Source of the DNA: a virus
Lineage: Duplodnaviria; Caudoviricetes
Length of the DNA stretch: 64,000 nucleotides
Reading direction: 5' to 3' (one strand)
Virus record (IMG/VR): IMGVR_UViG_3300004244_000010
Coordinates: 7,322-71,321 of that record
Part shown: positions 62,705-64,000 of the stretch, one piece after another
How positions within the stretch are numbered: position 1 is the stretch's first letter
Layout of the letters: the number at the start of each line of letters is the position of its first letter
Made by a program: the position numbers and the translations under genes
The notes under the pieces: generated by a model
Told to the model about the DNA's origin: nothing
Database searches by the model: none
What the model saw: the letters and a program-made list of their open reading frames with translations, nothing else

Positions 62705-64000
<1,296 letters not shown>

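Overview
High-GC bacterial chromosome segment (probably Burkholderiales; inferred from gene style, not tested) almost entirely filled by an apparently intact ~60.7-kb prophage. It is bounded by 32-bp direct repeats (1839-1870 and 62532-62563) that duplicate the 3' end of a tRNA-Ser(CGA) gene lying just downstream of host serS. A second element with a P4-family integrase sits in tandem at the same att site and runs off the left edge. The prophage looks like a Bcep22/933W-type podovirus. Late genes (minus strand) include terminase, portal, tail fibres, an N4-gp56/DUF4043-type capsid, split lysis genes, ejection proteins and a ~4,480-aa DarB-like polyvalent protein. It also has a cro/cI switch with O/P-like replication genes and an early plus-strand arm (methylase, ACP, Acb2, an arm-less tyrosine recombinase, RecT/YqaJ, SSB, xis/int). 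The most striking observations are: (1) a CsrA-fold gene coupled to the capsid operon, plus eight co-oriented GTGCCAAGGATGGCA elements (ANGGA-loop hairpins) in late-gene leaders; (2) a RelA/SpoT-like domain inside the giant virion protein, followed by an operator-gated divergent promoter pair that drives an antisense nested gene and an overprinted TnpV-like gene, with further overprinted ORFs in other linkers; (3) an anti-defence cluster with Acb2 and a phage acyl carrier protein. All family assignments were made by eye from remembered motifs; no database search was run.
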